Assembly (NCBI GenBank): GCA_951406725.2
Contig: OX597818.1
Span: 101,246,001 to 101,310,000, forward strand
Reading direction: 5' to 3'
DNA: 64,000 nt
Origin: Octopus vulgaris
Lineage: Eukaryota
Shown here piece after piece: positions 1 through 12,682 of this stretch. Below the pieces are notes generated by a model. That model had not been told where the DNA came from and made no database searches. It was given only the letters and a program-made list of their open reading frames with translations. The stretch's first letter is position 1, and the number at the start of each line of letters is the position of its first letter. The translations under genes and the position numbers were made by a program.

Positions 1-261
1 GAACCGCTAAGTTACGTGGACGTAAAACACCAGCATCCCTTGTCATACGATGTTGGGGGGAAGGGCAAACACAGACACACAGGCGTATACATATATACGA
101 CGGGCTTCCTTCAATCTCCGTCTACCAAATCTACTCATAAGGCTTTGGTCGGCCCGAGGCTATAGTAGAAAACACTTGCCCAAGTTGCTACGCAGTGGGA
201 CTACACCCGGAACCATGTGTTTGCTAAGCAAGCTACCTACCACACAGCCACTTCTAAGCCT
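1..261 (-). mobile_element. tRNA-derived SINE, family A (octopus OR2/CORE-like), 5' part; runs off the window start
   Basis: Minus strand begins with an A-box-like GTGGCTGTGTGG and a degenerate B box. Colinear with the full copy at 32843-33333 (shared gacgggcttc...aaggctttggtcggcccgag...acacttgcccaag). Confidence 0.85.
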
Positions 262-454
262 ATATGTAAAATATATTTATTTACATATATTAATCTGAAA
301 TTTTCCGACTTTTATTTTCTCTCATTTTGCATGGATACAGATATAAATATATTGTAATTGATGTATTTAATATATTTAATTTAATTGATGTGTGTATTTT
401 GCATATCCCCATAATTGCTCATATGTATGTGCATGTGTGGATATGTGTGTGTAG

Positions 455-510
455 GATGTGTTGTGTGAGTGTACACAAGGAAGGATCAGATTTCCTTCCT
501 GACCAGGAGA
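455..510 (+). CDS. candidate internal exon (R)MCCVSVHKEGSDFLPDQE, possibly a cytoplasmic tail
   Basis: (TG)n-tag acceptor ending at 454, GAGA|GTAAGA donor at 511, open in phase 2->1, GC above background, joins in frame to 971-1011. Confidence 0.4.
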
Positions 511-751
511 GTAAGACTGGTTTCCCGGATTATGTGGCGTTTACACACCAATACTTTGCAGAGGACGCGTGCTGAATTCTGTTTAGTGACGAAGTGTTAT
601 TCTGTTGAACGCAACGTGTCGATACGAGTCAAAAATATTATTTTAAAATCATGAACACAATAAGAAATAAGCGACCTGTATTCAGGTATATAGATGCACA
701 CTCATATAAATATATACATATGAACATACACATGTGTCTATACACACATAT

Positions 752-762
<11 letters not shown>

Positions 763-827
<65 letters not shown>

Positions 828-871
828 TGTGTGTATTGTGTGTATGCATATATGTGCATATATATATATAT
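763..871. repeat. compound (TA)n/(TG)n microsatellite
   Basis: Directly visible. Confidence 0.95.
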
Positions 872-970
872 GTTTGCATGTGCGTATGTAAGTTCTCTAT
901 CTTAACGTTCTAAATTCGAATTATAGACAAAGGAAATGGCATTATATACGTTATTTTGATTTTCTTACAG

Positions 971-1011
971 CGGAGATTAAACATGAAAGTGTTGTTAATA
1001 CAAAGCTATAG
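971..1011 (+). CDS. candidate terminal coding exon (T)EIKHESVVNTKL*
   Basis: Strong acceptor ttttgattttcttacag; phase-1 reading is compatible with exon 455-510; TAG at 1009-1011. Confidence 0.4.
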
Positions 1012-2389
1012 TTTTAATTAGAAGCCTTAAAATGTAGGCGATTAATGGGATTATACGGAGTAAAATTTTCTTTAGAATTTCCGATCCCTTATATTTGAGA
1101 TAACATAGGAAAGTACGTAAAATTATCGCAAGGAAATACGACAAACGCGTAAATATTATTGCTATCAGCTGTGGCTAATGTATGTACAGAGACGCGAATG
1201 GAAATGCACACAGTTGAGGCTTCTATTACTGCTTTTACTTTTGGAAATTAGTATATACGAAATCATATGTGAGGTAAAATGGCCAGGTTCTTCGAGATTA
1301 TTCGTGGCTCTTAATTTTGATATTCAATGCCAATTTCGCATAGGTTCGTCTATTTTTTTTATCAAAACGCTTCATGAGATTATGATTATTAAGCGTAACA
1401 TGCAGCATATTGAAGAATAGAACTGAGGAGCGACACAAGAGTCAGGATCTGGTCGGCATCTGCATTGAAATAGATGCATTTTACAGAAACTTCTCTTTAT
1501 ATTTTTCTTTATTAACATTTCTATGCTGAATCACTTTCACATACAAGGTATTAACGTTGACACTTATGCGGCAAAATCGTTTCCGCAAAAGTGAAATACA
1601 TATCATTTGAATAATTGTTTGTCCAGAAGTTTTTTCGATAGCGTTGAAAATCATTATTTTTATAATCACACTAGCACATCTTTAAAATACCATCAACTGT
1701 TAGACACAAATGGTATACAGAAACGAGAAATGCTTGGTTTTCGCCGTCCACGATCCACCATAGTACCAGATATTGACATATCAGATTGTCTGAAAAGGCA
1801 TCAGCGTCCAATTCTTTCCAGTCTTCTGAGAGTACATATACGGTGGTTGCAGTTTTGACCTATAAGGTAGCCTATTTCTTTACATCACAGAGCTTCCGAT
1901 TTTGTACATTCGATGTGACTAGAGGTGTACACGTCCGAGTTAACGTGAAAATTTAGAAGGTAAGGTTACCCAACTTGTTGCCAATCGGGAACAAATAGGA
2001 AATTGGTATATTTTGCATACGAAACCGAGTAATCGTTTTCCTCCAATATACACGACACATTTTCAGCACGAAAATAATTTCATGTTATTCGCAACATTAT
2101 GCTGAAAGAATCCAGTTTTGGCTTTCGATGTTGAGTTATATATCTTGGCAGTGGAAAGGATAATATGTCCCTCCAGCCTCTCTCTTAGTGTGGGAGAGTT
2201 TATCATCATGCGTCTCTGAAATGGAGATTATATATTTCTGCAAGTATCCTCCTTAATAGTCCATCTATAGCGGTGCAACGATCTTTTGTTGGTTTTGATA
2301 TACCGAATACCGATCAGAAAGCATATTTTTTTGCTAGCACTCTCTGGCAACTTTATCCGCTCTATAGGACTTAATTTCTGTGAGTATTA

Positions 2390-4830
2390 CCATAGCGCTC
2401 AGTATTGTTGTTTTCTCATTTTCTGTGACCAGTGCCATCATTTTTCTGTTGTTGTTCCATAGTGATATCATAGCTAACAGTGTATGTAGATCCTAACTCT
2501 GCCGTGTCTGAAAAAAATGTTTCTTCTTAGCCAGGACTAAGCAGCCAGAGACATTATGGTTTAATGTCTGTTCTCATTCTCCTCATATTTTGCAGTCTCT
2601 TGTATTTCTCTTCATTATATCTTTTTTGTTAATTTGTAGTGGGACGTCTGTGATATTGTGTTGCAATTAAACTTTTTTTCAGTTTCTCCTTTGCGTCCTG
2701 AACTTCTCAGCCGTTGTTAGAAATGTTGCCTTCTCTATTTCTTTTCTGCTTAGTTTAACCCAGTATTTGCCATGAAGGGGCATTTCTTACCATCCTTTTA
2801 TCATGATCCGTTGCTGTTCCAGTTGTAGTTTAGGTTTCAGTTGTTTTACATCTTCAGTTGTTTCTTCTTTTTCTAGATATTCCTTACGTACTAAGACTCT
2901 CTTTTTTTTAATTTGTGAGTTTCCTTAAAGACTGAAAACAGTTTCCTGTTTGTTCGTGCGCTCTGACTATTTGTATTAGATTTTTTTGCTTCTGAAGGAG
3001 GTGTTTTTGTAGTCCTATGGTGGTTATTTATTAATTGTTTTCTAGCATTATGAGGCCACTGCCACCTTCAGTGTGTTGTATATATAACCTTACTATGTCT
3101 GATTTGGCGTGGTGTATCCTAAATGTTGTACTTAGTTTCGTGTCTATTTTGATTAGTTCATTTAGAGCCCAGTTAAGAATATTGTACCGAAACTTATAAC
3201 TGGGACAGCTAGAGTGTTGATACCTATCATCTTGTTTTCCGAGCTGAGCTCTATTTTCAGTAGTAACCCAACTCATCTATAGTATTCTTTTCTTATCTTT
3301 TCTTTCATTTGTAGCGTTTTAGATCAGCCATATATAAAAGGTGGTTGATTGTTGTGCCGTAACAGTTGCATCCACATCCATTTCTACTTGGCATGCCAGT
3401 TGAAGGTGTCAGTAACAAACAGAGAAGAAGCGGAGAGAGCATGTCGAGGTCATACTTTGAAACTTCTTTCTGCGTCTGTCATCAGTTATAACTTTATTGA
3501 TCAGTAGCTGATCTTTACAGCTTTATGAACCCTTGCATCATCCCTTAGCTCTTCTGAAAGCATGTTGTTTTCTTCCAGATAATTGCTCTTTCTCTGCGAT
3601 ATCACAGAGTAAAGATTTGTAAATTGTGAAGGAGACAGTTATCGGTCCGTAATTTTGTGGGTGTTCCGTTTCAATGGATTTGGATATAGAATAGCTTTCT
3701 CTTCCGTGAGAGTCATTCAGCCAGTGTCTCTGACTCTGATAGTATTTCATTAAATTTCTCAACCAGATTTTTATGATTTCCTGTTAAGTATTTTAACCAG
3801 AATTTGGGGATCTTGTAGTGCCAGGGTGCCTTCCGGTTGCTTGGATTTTGTAGTGCCTGGGTGACCTTTTCTGTTGTTATAGAGATCCAGTGTTGTTCAG
3901 GTGGTGTGTTCGTTGTTTTGATAGATACTTGATGCGTTTGTTCCTTCGTCGACCAAATTTCTTTCCAAATATCTTCCATTTCTCCTGCTGATGGTGCTGC
4001 ATTGATCTCTATTTTATTTTTGCCAAGTTCTCGGTAGAATCTTTTGGGGATGGAGTTGATTTGTATGTTTAGTTCAAAGGAACGTTAGTGTTTGTCGTGC
4101 CGGCGGATTCTTTGTGCTTTGGCGAGGATATCTTCTGTAGCTGTTTTTTGTTTTACATCAGATATACCTTGTTCTGTAATTTTGTATTTATGTACCTTTT
4201 TTCTTCTTGTCTTGTTGCTTAGTAGTGCTGATTGTCTAATAGTTTCTTTAAGGAGTGAAAGATCGTTTCTATTATTTTTCTTTTGTTTTCTGAATATTAT
4301 TTAACTACAGTATTCATTTAGGTAAATATACTTCTGTGTGGATGCATTGTAGGTGGCATCCAATCTATTTTGTTGCCGTAGAGGCTGATGCTCATATTAT
4401 AACATTTAGCCTGGTATTATTGACATTTGTTTCCGTGGCTATTAATTCTGTGACGGCAAAGCTGATGCTATTTATTATTGATGTTGGTTTATTATCAAGT
4501 TTAATTTTGGGGATTTATAATCCGTGATCAATACTGAGACCTGTGGCTTTCAATTATTTGATTATGTTCCTTTTTAGAGTATCATAACCAATAGATTGAC
4601 CTTCACTGTTTCCAGGTTTAAGATTGGGTTTTCATTCACTCCCGTTCATATTTTGTCTTTGGTGTTCAGGTTTGGTGCATTTTGCTCATTAGTATACATT
4701 CTAACGGTCTGGGTGTGTTGTCTTTCGTTGTTTACTTCGACATTTCGATATTTATGCTTTGAGAATATATATCCGTAAGTTAGATACTTTATTAGGGTTC
4801 ATTGCTGTATCCACATCTTTCGTCCAGATT
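2390..4830 (-). mobile_element. decayed R4/Dong-clade non-LTR retrotransposon with internal deletions
   Basis: Translated pieces: NRKAPWHYKIPKFWLKYL, PQNYGPIT, CKDQLLINK, HHAKSDIVRLYIQHTEGGSGLI, and a CCHC knuckle region near 2500-2600. Nucleotide similarity to the 14944-16280 copy (3170-3250 vs 15493-15580). Confidence 0.9.
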
Positions 4831-4861
4831 TTATATGAATACATATCATATGTATATATTA

Positions 4862-5258
4862 TCTATTATATAAAATCCGTTCTGTCTATCTGTGTGTGTG
4901 TCTTCTAGGATCTAGGGCATCCCCCATCAAATTGCGCTTTGTTCTACTAGGAATCAATAATAATGTATCGTATTATTTAATAATTTTTTTTTCCTTAATA
5001 GCTCCTTCCGTCATGTCGGTATGTCAACGGCTAATCGTTCAGACGAGTATATTGTCAGTGATGCAGCAACATTTGAATTTTTGTCCGGGTGTATCTAGCC
5101 GACGACAACTAATCAGATTTACTTTAATAAACGTAATTTGGGAAGTTCGAAACCTAGGACATAGATTTTCTACATTTTCGTTGTACATTTTTTTAATGTT
5201 CTTTCTACAGGTAAGATGAATTTTTTTAATGTTCGCCGGGCGCAAGCATGTTTGCCAG
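4862..5258 (+). mobile_element. non-autonomous Helitron-like element
   Basis: A|TCTATTATATAAAA 5' end followed by a (TG)n tract; GC-rich subterminal segment and CCAG|T 3' end (a CTAG variant); no TSD. Confidence 0.55.
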
Positions 5259-6206
5259 TATATATGTATATATATATACAGTGAAGCTTTACTATGGCGT
5301 CCTATATTATCGACTGCAATTTCTGGTACATTGTTGTGCCAATATTCTGTATAATTATATATATAAGTATATTAGTGTTTAAGCATGTATGTATGCATGT
5401 GAAATATCAGGTGAATGCCAATTGTGTGAAGAAATTGCAGCTACATGTGGTAGCATTCGAAATCTATGTAAACATTTAAAACTGACGCTAATTAACTACG
5501 CCAATATTTTCCCCTGACCACATCATCGTCGGTTTTGGACAAAGCTTCTAAATTGAATGCCCTAAGCAAATTTCATATATATATACTATACGGACATACA
5601 AATATTCATGTGCTTTCATAAATTTTGCTGTGTATGGTTCTACGTTGGAATGTATGTATTGTAATATAATTTCGGTGTTGCATTTTTATGTATGTGTGTG
5701 TGTGTGTGCGCGCGCGTGTTACTAAATTTGACTATTGTGTGTATACAAGAGGAAATAGAGAATACCAAACTGAAAATGGAATTTTCCAATTTGGCAGCTA
5801 ACCGAATAAGATCCGACCTTATATATTGAATGAAAAGCAAGGCGAATATTTTGGCACGGCAATGAGGGAGAAGGTAGTGGGGTAAATATAACTTGTGAAT
5901 GAAGGTTTTTGGATCACATGAGATTCAGACAGATACTTAAGTATTTATGGAATTTACTATGTGAGCATGTATGTTATGCGGATTTTCAGCGAGCTTTAAG
6001 ATAATAATACGGTGAAATATAGATGTAATATTTGAATTTGTACAAAATGGAGCTTTATAAATCTAGGCGACAAAGAGAAATATCTGTGTGACATTATGTG
6101 TCCATAGCAGAAGCAAATATATATTCATTATTCATTTATAAGTTACAGTGGTGTTGCGTGTGAAAATCAAGATTAGTAATGATACATACATGTGTTGATG
6201 CAAAAC

Positions 6207-6216
6207 ATACACACAA

Positions 6217-6253
<37 letters not shown>

Positions 6254-6263
6254 CATATAAATG

Positions 6264-6328
<65 letters not shown>

Positions 6329-6355
6329 CTATATATTATATATATATATGTATGT

Positions 6356-6396
<41 letters not shown>

Positions 6397-6402
6397 TATA
6401 TA

Positions 6403-6477
<75 letters not shown>

Positions 6478-6480
6478 ACT
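6207..6480. repeat. compound (CA)n/(TA)n/(CT)n microsatellite
   Basis: Directly visible. Confidence 0.95.
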
Positions 6481-6553
6481 TATATGTTGATGTAAACAGG
6501 GAATATAGAGGTCAAAACATGAGTACGTGTATATTTCTATTAATATTTAGCAG

Positions 6554-6631
6554 ATGTTCCCAGTGGTTCGTGCGTTGGCGCTTCATACACTGGATTACTA
6601 TGTTACTCTGTTACTTCTGGTAGATATACAT
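6554..6631 (+). CDS. candidate symmetric phase 1-1 exon [26 protein letters not shown]
   Basis: tttagCAG (NAGNAG) acceptor, AT|GTGAGT donor, 78 nt, open, GC above background. Confidence 0.4.
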
Positions 6632-6682
6632 GTGAGTCTGTATGTTTGTGTATCTGACTCTGTGTGTGATTGTGTGTGTGTA

Positions 6683-7210
6683 GGTTGTGTCATCCCATTT
6701 ATAATGCGTTTTTTTTTTTCAGTTGCATGAACTAAAAGTCGGAGGGTGACGGGATAAACTGCCTGCTTCAACTTGCCAAAGAAGTAGGTAGTATTTTTAT
6801 GAGTTCAATAAAGGCAATAACGCAATAGAAAATGCAAGGGATGTTAATGCAGTATATAGTGATTAGACACTAAATGTAAACCAGTGCTAACGGTAGTTCC
6901 AGAAATTCGGAATCTACAGCCTACAAGACGAGCCTCCTCCTGGAAGAGCTATAGAACTCAACGCTGACGTCCTTTAAAATCTGGTGGGTAAAATCCCATC
7001 ATGAATGTTGAAGATCTATCAGGGAAACTTGGATTTGGTCATTCAACCATTTATCGACCCCTGCGTTCCATCGGAAACGGCTACAAATTGGGTCAATAGG
7101 TTCCTCACAAACTCTCCGAGTGTAATCGCATGCAGAGAGTGAATGTTGGCTCGTTTTTGCTGTCTCGTCAAACGAATGAGAATTGTTTTGGACCGAATAA
7201 TGACAGGATG
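6683..7210 (+). mobile_element. mariner transposon 5' half, pseudogenised
   Basis: Reads FYEFNKGNNA...FQKF...SLQDEPPPGR...GHSTIYRPLRSIG...KLGQ*VPHKL...DRIMTG, i.e. the WVPHEL and ITGDE motifs; broken at the first catalytic Asp motif. Confidence 0.85.
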
Positions 7211-7214
7211 GAAG

Positions 7215-8084
7215 ATTGCTAAGAAAAACGCTGCACAGAACTTGAGAATGAACGTAGTTGAAAATAGGTGGGTAAAGAAAGAAAATACGTGGACAATTTC
7301 ATAGGCATGTTGAAGATACTACAGACAGAGATAAAACATGGTTATGGTGATCTAAAAGTGATTTAAAATCGGAGATGGAGGTTCTAATATGTGCTACCGA
7401 TGAGCAAGCATTAAGGACGAATGACATCAAATACAGAGTGCACAACACACAAAGAAGTGATAAGCACAGAATCTGTGGCAATAAGGTGAAACTCTATAGC
7501 ATATTACCAGCTAACGTACACCACTAGCCCAGAAAGAATATAAGATACACCATGACAACATAGCAAGGATTGTCGATTGGGCATTTTGTCACAAGTATAG
7601 ACTTGACAGAGCAAAGAAATGGTACGAACATAAACCTGACAGAATCATCGAAAATGACAATTCAAAGATCCTATGTGAAGGACAATAGCAAACCAGACAT
7701 AGTGTTAATTGAGAAAGAAAGTAAACAATGTTGGATCATAGATATAACATGCCCACCTGAGAGCAAGGTATGCAATACGGGAAAAAGAAAAGTCGATAAA
7801 TATGAGGGGTTTACTTGGAGGATTAAGTAGTTCTGGTGGATGAAACATGTGGTAGTACTACTTATAATTGTCGGAGACTTGGGAACAGTGAGTAAAAACC
7901 ATTGAGAAATACATAGAAAAAATATGGTGGGGGGGGCAATAAGGATAGAGCACTTCTTGGAACTGTTCGAGTACTCCGGATGTTGCTCGAAAAATAAGGG
8001 GTGTTACCTCAGTTCACTGGTAGTGAACAGGTGAAACCGCAGTACATCCCCAGCGTTAGAAACTGCACAAAGACAATAAAATGA
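7215..8084 (+). mobile_element. 3' end of an R4-clade LINE (CCHC + restriction-like endonuclease), decayed
   Basis: WLW*SKSDLKSEMEVLICATDEQALRTN, KPDIVLIEKESKQCWIIDITCP...KVDKYE and IIVGDLGTV; followed by a (CAA)n(CTA)n tail. Confidence 0.85.
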
Positions 8085-8161
8085 TACAACAAAAACAACA
8101 ACAACAACTACTACTACTACTACTACTAATACTAATACTAATACTACTACTACTACTACTA
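8085..8161. repeat. (CAA)n(CTA)n microsatellite / LINE tail
   Basis: Directly visible. Confidence 0.9.
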
Positions 8162-8895
8162 TGGACAGAGGAGTACGTTAAAGTCATGGAAGCTTCTAAC
8201 GATACATGATACTCATCTACGTGCGGATACTGATCGCCTATGCATGAAAAGAGCAACTGGAGGAAGATGATTGATAAGTGTGGAAGACTGCGTGTGTATA
8301 GAACTCAAGGGCTTAATGCAATACCTAATCCATAGTAAGGAAACCATCCTAGTGACAGTTAGGTATGTGGGAGTATTGAAATCAGAGAAAAAAGGTAAAA
8401 CAAAAGAAACACAATCATGATTTAATGAAGAATTACGCAAGTAGGTTCTACACAATCAGTTCCATGCAGCCACAAAAGAAGTTGCTGAAAAATATAAGTG
8501 GGATTGGCTGATGATGCGAACACTATAAAAAGAGACCGAGAGCACTATACTAGCAATGCAAGAGAAAGTTTTGGCCAAGAATTGGAGGGTTAACCTTAGT
8601 AATAAGCAAGTGCCTCCGCTTTGCCGCTTCTGCAATGAGGCGGATGAAACCGTTGCTCATATCACAAACAAAAGCCTTAAAGCTGCCCCAAATCATAAGT
8701 TGTGGCAACCCAATCAGTTAGCAAAAGTGCTACATTAGAAACTGCAAAAAGTGGGGGATATGGAGAGGTAAGACTTGGTATGAGCACAAAACTCAGAGAG
8801 TGTCGGAGTTCGGCACAAGCAAAATCTTCTTTGATTTCCCAATCTAAACAGATCAAGTGCTAGGCATTACAGGCCGGACCAAGTGGATGCTTATG
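8162..8895 (+). mobile_element. second R4-clade LINE fragment (post-RT region to the PD motif)
   Basis: ADTDRLCMKRATGGR*LISVEDCV, WDWL...KETESTILAMQE, CRFCNEADETVAHI, NQLAKVLH, WYEHK, KIFFDFPI*TD...RPD. Confidence 0.85.
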
Positions 8896-10874
8896 AAATT
8901 AACATGTAAGTAGCTGAGCACTCCACAGACACGCGTAGTTCTCAGAAAGATTCTGCAAGACACAGGATATGATAAGGCTGGTCTTTTTAGTTATAAGTGC
9001 AACTCCTTTTTGCTAGCTGAGTGGACTGTAGCAACATGAAATTTAATGTCCTGCTCTATCCCACGATACGCTGTAGGGAATGGAAATCATAACCTTACGA
9101 TTCTCAGACGATTACCCTATCCACGAAGTCAGGCTCCTTCACTCTGCCGAACATTGTGGTTCGGAGTTCTTAAAACAAATATTTTTAAACGGTTTCATTT
9201 ATATAGCCATCATCTGCAAGATGATGCGCTTATACTTGAGGGAGTCTTAAGTAGTGATTTCCCTTCCCTATTGAGGAGACAAAAGTACTTTGCCTTAGTG
9301 TCTCTCAGACCTAGATAATGAATTAGCCAAACACTCGTTGGCTTCCTGGTGGAATCCACCATGTCTGTCTCTTTTGCTGTTGGGAATGTCTAAGTTGTTC
9401 ATCGCTTCACGTGGCAGTGTAATCCAGAATACCATGTGTTTCGGGTCAGAAGGCTTAAAAATTGAACTTACTGTTCACTTGTGGACGCATCGGCGACGGG
9501 AGTACAGGACTACCTATATCTCAGTAGCAGGACAGAGTTATGGATCTTCTATTTAACGCTACAGTTATAAGACTTGGACAGAATGCATACGAATCGTCTG
9601 AATTCATTTGTGCTAGGAACTTTTGCAGAATTGTGGGTTAAAATTTATCAGATTTCGTACCCAGTCAAAAACTATAGTTATAAACTAAGGTGCATCTTGT
9701 TTGATTATGTTGCTCGATTTTCCCTGTTGGATCATGTATGCCATGTCCTTTTATCTTTCCTCTGAAGATCTAGCAAGGATGACAGCTCCTGTGCGTCGAT
9801 CATATTTCACATGGTCAGCGGAGGGGGAATATATCGCAGAAGGGCGGCTAAGTAAAATATATCTCGGAGGATTGGCAGAAACGACTCTGACGAATACTGA
9901 GAAATGGCGAGTGCAGCGATGCACTAAAATGGCGAATGACCCCATAAATGTCCTGGCCTATATCACACGTGAAATGGAAAGTATTGGGTTATTTTAGTTT
10001 AGCTCATATAGTACAACTTCAAAACTGGTATAAAGGTCGAAAGCTTCTCACTTGGCTGTGTGCCACCCTAATATTAATGGACACTTCCACATTGTGTATA
10101 ACATGGTAAAAATCAAATTTTTATTCCTAGGATTTGTGTACATTTAATTCCATAATTGTCACCAATATGTGAAAAATTCTTATTCAATTTCTCTTTGTCA
10201 GTATTTCCTCCGGAACATGGTTCCACATTTACAAATTATATGTAGCCCGACTACAAACCTGTTGCACGTTAGTCGATTATACTCGTTTATATACAGTAGA
10301 CTACGTGTCAAAATGAATGTTATATATTATAGACTATCAAAAGAAATCATATTCCCATATCGTATGCTGGAATTTGTTTCAAATGTTTATATGAAATAAA
10401 ATCAAGACCCTGATTTTACGAATGTATATTTTAAAAAGATATTCGTAATAAAATAATGAGGTGATCTGATAATTTGCTTTTCGATTTTAAATCATATTTC
10501 AACTTTTTCCTTGAAGTAAACTTCGTCATAGGTTCAGGATAGGAATACATATAAGCATTTTTTAAATACTTATAATGTCTGGATGATATCAATTTAAAAG
10601 TTTCCTATATTTCGCAGATAATAGCACGAACCAGTACCATGGCACAACTTATATTTTGCAGCAGAATAATAATTCTGACTTTTATATAGGTTCCAAACAA
10701 AAAATTGATTGATACGTATCGTTTTTTTAACCGCAACAGGTAAGGGAAAAATGTGACAAGCATCTACCGACATATGTTTAGGTAATGTTTATTCTTACAA
10801 TTGTATACATATATTGTCCCATCAGGAACTGAAGAGAAAGTAGAGAAAAAGCTGCATGACTTTTGACAAGTACC

Positions 10875-10902
10875 ATGTTGATCGCCATTTATTTGTTATT
10901 CG
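10875..10902 (+). CDS. candidate first coding exon MLIAIYLLF(G) (exon 10826-10902)
   Basis: Acceptor tgtcccatcag, accATG start context, CG|GTAAGT donor. Forms a signal-peptide-like sequence with 10934-10987, but the intervening intron is only 31 nt. Confidence 0.25.
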
Positions 10903-10933
10903 GTAAGTAGTATTTTTTTTTTTTACTTGACAG

Positions 10934-10987
10934 GACAATTCTCCCTAAGTGTAAAGTGCAAGACAGATGCTTTTGAAAGCAAATATG
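10934..10987 (+). CDS. candidate phase 1-1 exon (G)QFSLSVKCKTDAFESKY
   Basis: Long poly-T tract + acttgacag acceptor, ATG|GTAACA donor, 54 nt, open. Confidence 0.3.
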
Positions 10988-11676
10988 GTAACATTTAATA
11001 TTTGTTTTCTCTGTGATTTTCAACTTCATGGGGATCTCCGTGGGATTAATATTTTATATTTTTCACACACCAATATGGCCGCTTGTAAGTTATTGAATTA
11101 TGCTGACATTCATATTCCTTTTCTACAGTAAATCTCAATGTTCATATCTAAATATTGCCGAATTTATGATACGTGAATTTCTTACTAAATCAAAAAAATA
11201 TTTTATTGCTTCATACCTTCGCTCATAGTATAGACCACGCTCCAGCACCTGATCTGGAAAATCGAAGTCCATTGTTGTGGATTGATATTGAAAATATTCG
11301 GCCACCATTAAATGAACAAAAATGAATGCTTAATCTACAAGTATTCAAAATCAGTAAATTCAAATGAGATACATATTTTCTCAAATAATTATTTGAGAAC
11401 TCAAGTGTTACAATGCGAGTCACACTCATTTATGAGTGGAGAATACCAATAGAATGCTAAGGGAAGTGTTTCTTATTCTTAACATACACACATTTATGCA
11501 CACATATATCAGGAAAACGGTATAGCATTCCTTTCAAATTTGAGGTACGAGCCCACAAATTTTAAAGTCAGGAATTAGATGAATACATGAGAATCAATAT
11601 ATTACTGGCCCTTTAGAAAACGGACCACGGAAAGAAGTCAGGCAAATTTTAAAGCGGGGGAATATCAAGTTTGAAT

Positions 11677-11715
<39 letters not shown>

Positions 11716-11770
11716 TTGTGTGTGTGTGTGTGTGTATGTGTGTGTGTATGTGTGTGTGCGTGTGTGTGTG

Positions 11771-11831
<61 letters not shown>

Positions 11832-11866
11832 TACTTTTATATATAGACGTATACATGCATATGTGT

Positions 11867-12172
11867 GGAGGCGCAATGGCCCAGTGGTTAGGGCAGCGGA
11901 CTCGCCGTCGTACGATCGCGGTTTCGATTCCCAGACCGGGCGTTGTGAGTGTTTATTGAGCAAAAACACCTAAAAAGCTCCACGAGGCTCCGGCAGGAGG
12001 TGGTGATCCCTGCTGTACTCTTTCACTACTCTTTCTCCCACTTTTCTTCTGTTGGCCTGCTCGCTTAGCCAGCGGGGTGGCGTCATTCGAAGGCTAAAAC
12101 AATGCGAACGCATTGTGACCAGCGATGTGTAACAACATCTGATGGTCTGGTTGGTCACGTGATCACGTGATC
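11867..12172 (+). mobile_element. full-length tRNA(Arg-like)-derived SINE, family B (octopus OR1-like)
   Basis: A box TGGCCCAGTGG, B box GGTTTCGATTCC, (CACGTGAT)n tail, and a 12-bp TSD ACATGCATATGT at 11853-11864 and 12173-12184. Confidence 0.9.
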
Positions 12173-12682
12173 ACATGCATATGTATATGCACGTATGTAA
12201 ATATGCTTATATATATATACATATACACCCAAACACGCACACAGACATGAATACACACACACAGTCACACGCGCACACACACACATGTATATATATGTGC
12301 ATGTATGCATGTGTGTGTGTTTAGAAATTAACTTTATGTGTCAGGAACAATAAAAAAAACAGACGTGAATATTATCTGTTGCTAGTCACCAAAAATATGT
12401 GAATGAATATCAGGTGTTATACTGATGAAAGCACGTGGATATAATGTCTAACCTACAATCTAGGTTAAAGTATTCAATCGATTTTGAATAATTTTATTCT
12501 GTAATGTATTCAAGTAATGTTACGAGAATAGAAAATCTAATGTTCAAAAGAAGAAATGAAGTTCGTGAATATATATTCTCAGGTATAGCCAATGTTCTGA
12601 ACCTTGTACACCTCACGCAGTATGCGTATATCGTATTTTTTGTAAAATATTTTATCCAACTTCTGACTCTTCCACTCTGATT

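Noticed and set aside
638-905. ORFs with [12 protein letters not shown] or poly-I/L/S runs (here and throughout)
   Set aside because: Translations of stop-free di- and trinucleotide microsatellites.
1178-1274. Signal-peptide-like MYVQRR...LLLLLLLLEISIYEII followed by GT
   Set aside because: Donor weak, only ~170 bp after a putative stop codon, and hydrophobicity is expected from T-rich DNA.
11870-11945. tRNA-Arg-like sequence
   Set aside because: Acceptor and T stems do not pair properly; it is a SINE head with body, tail and TSD.
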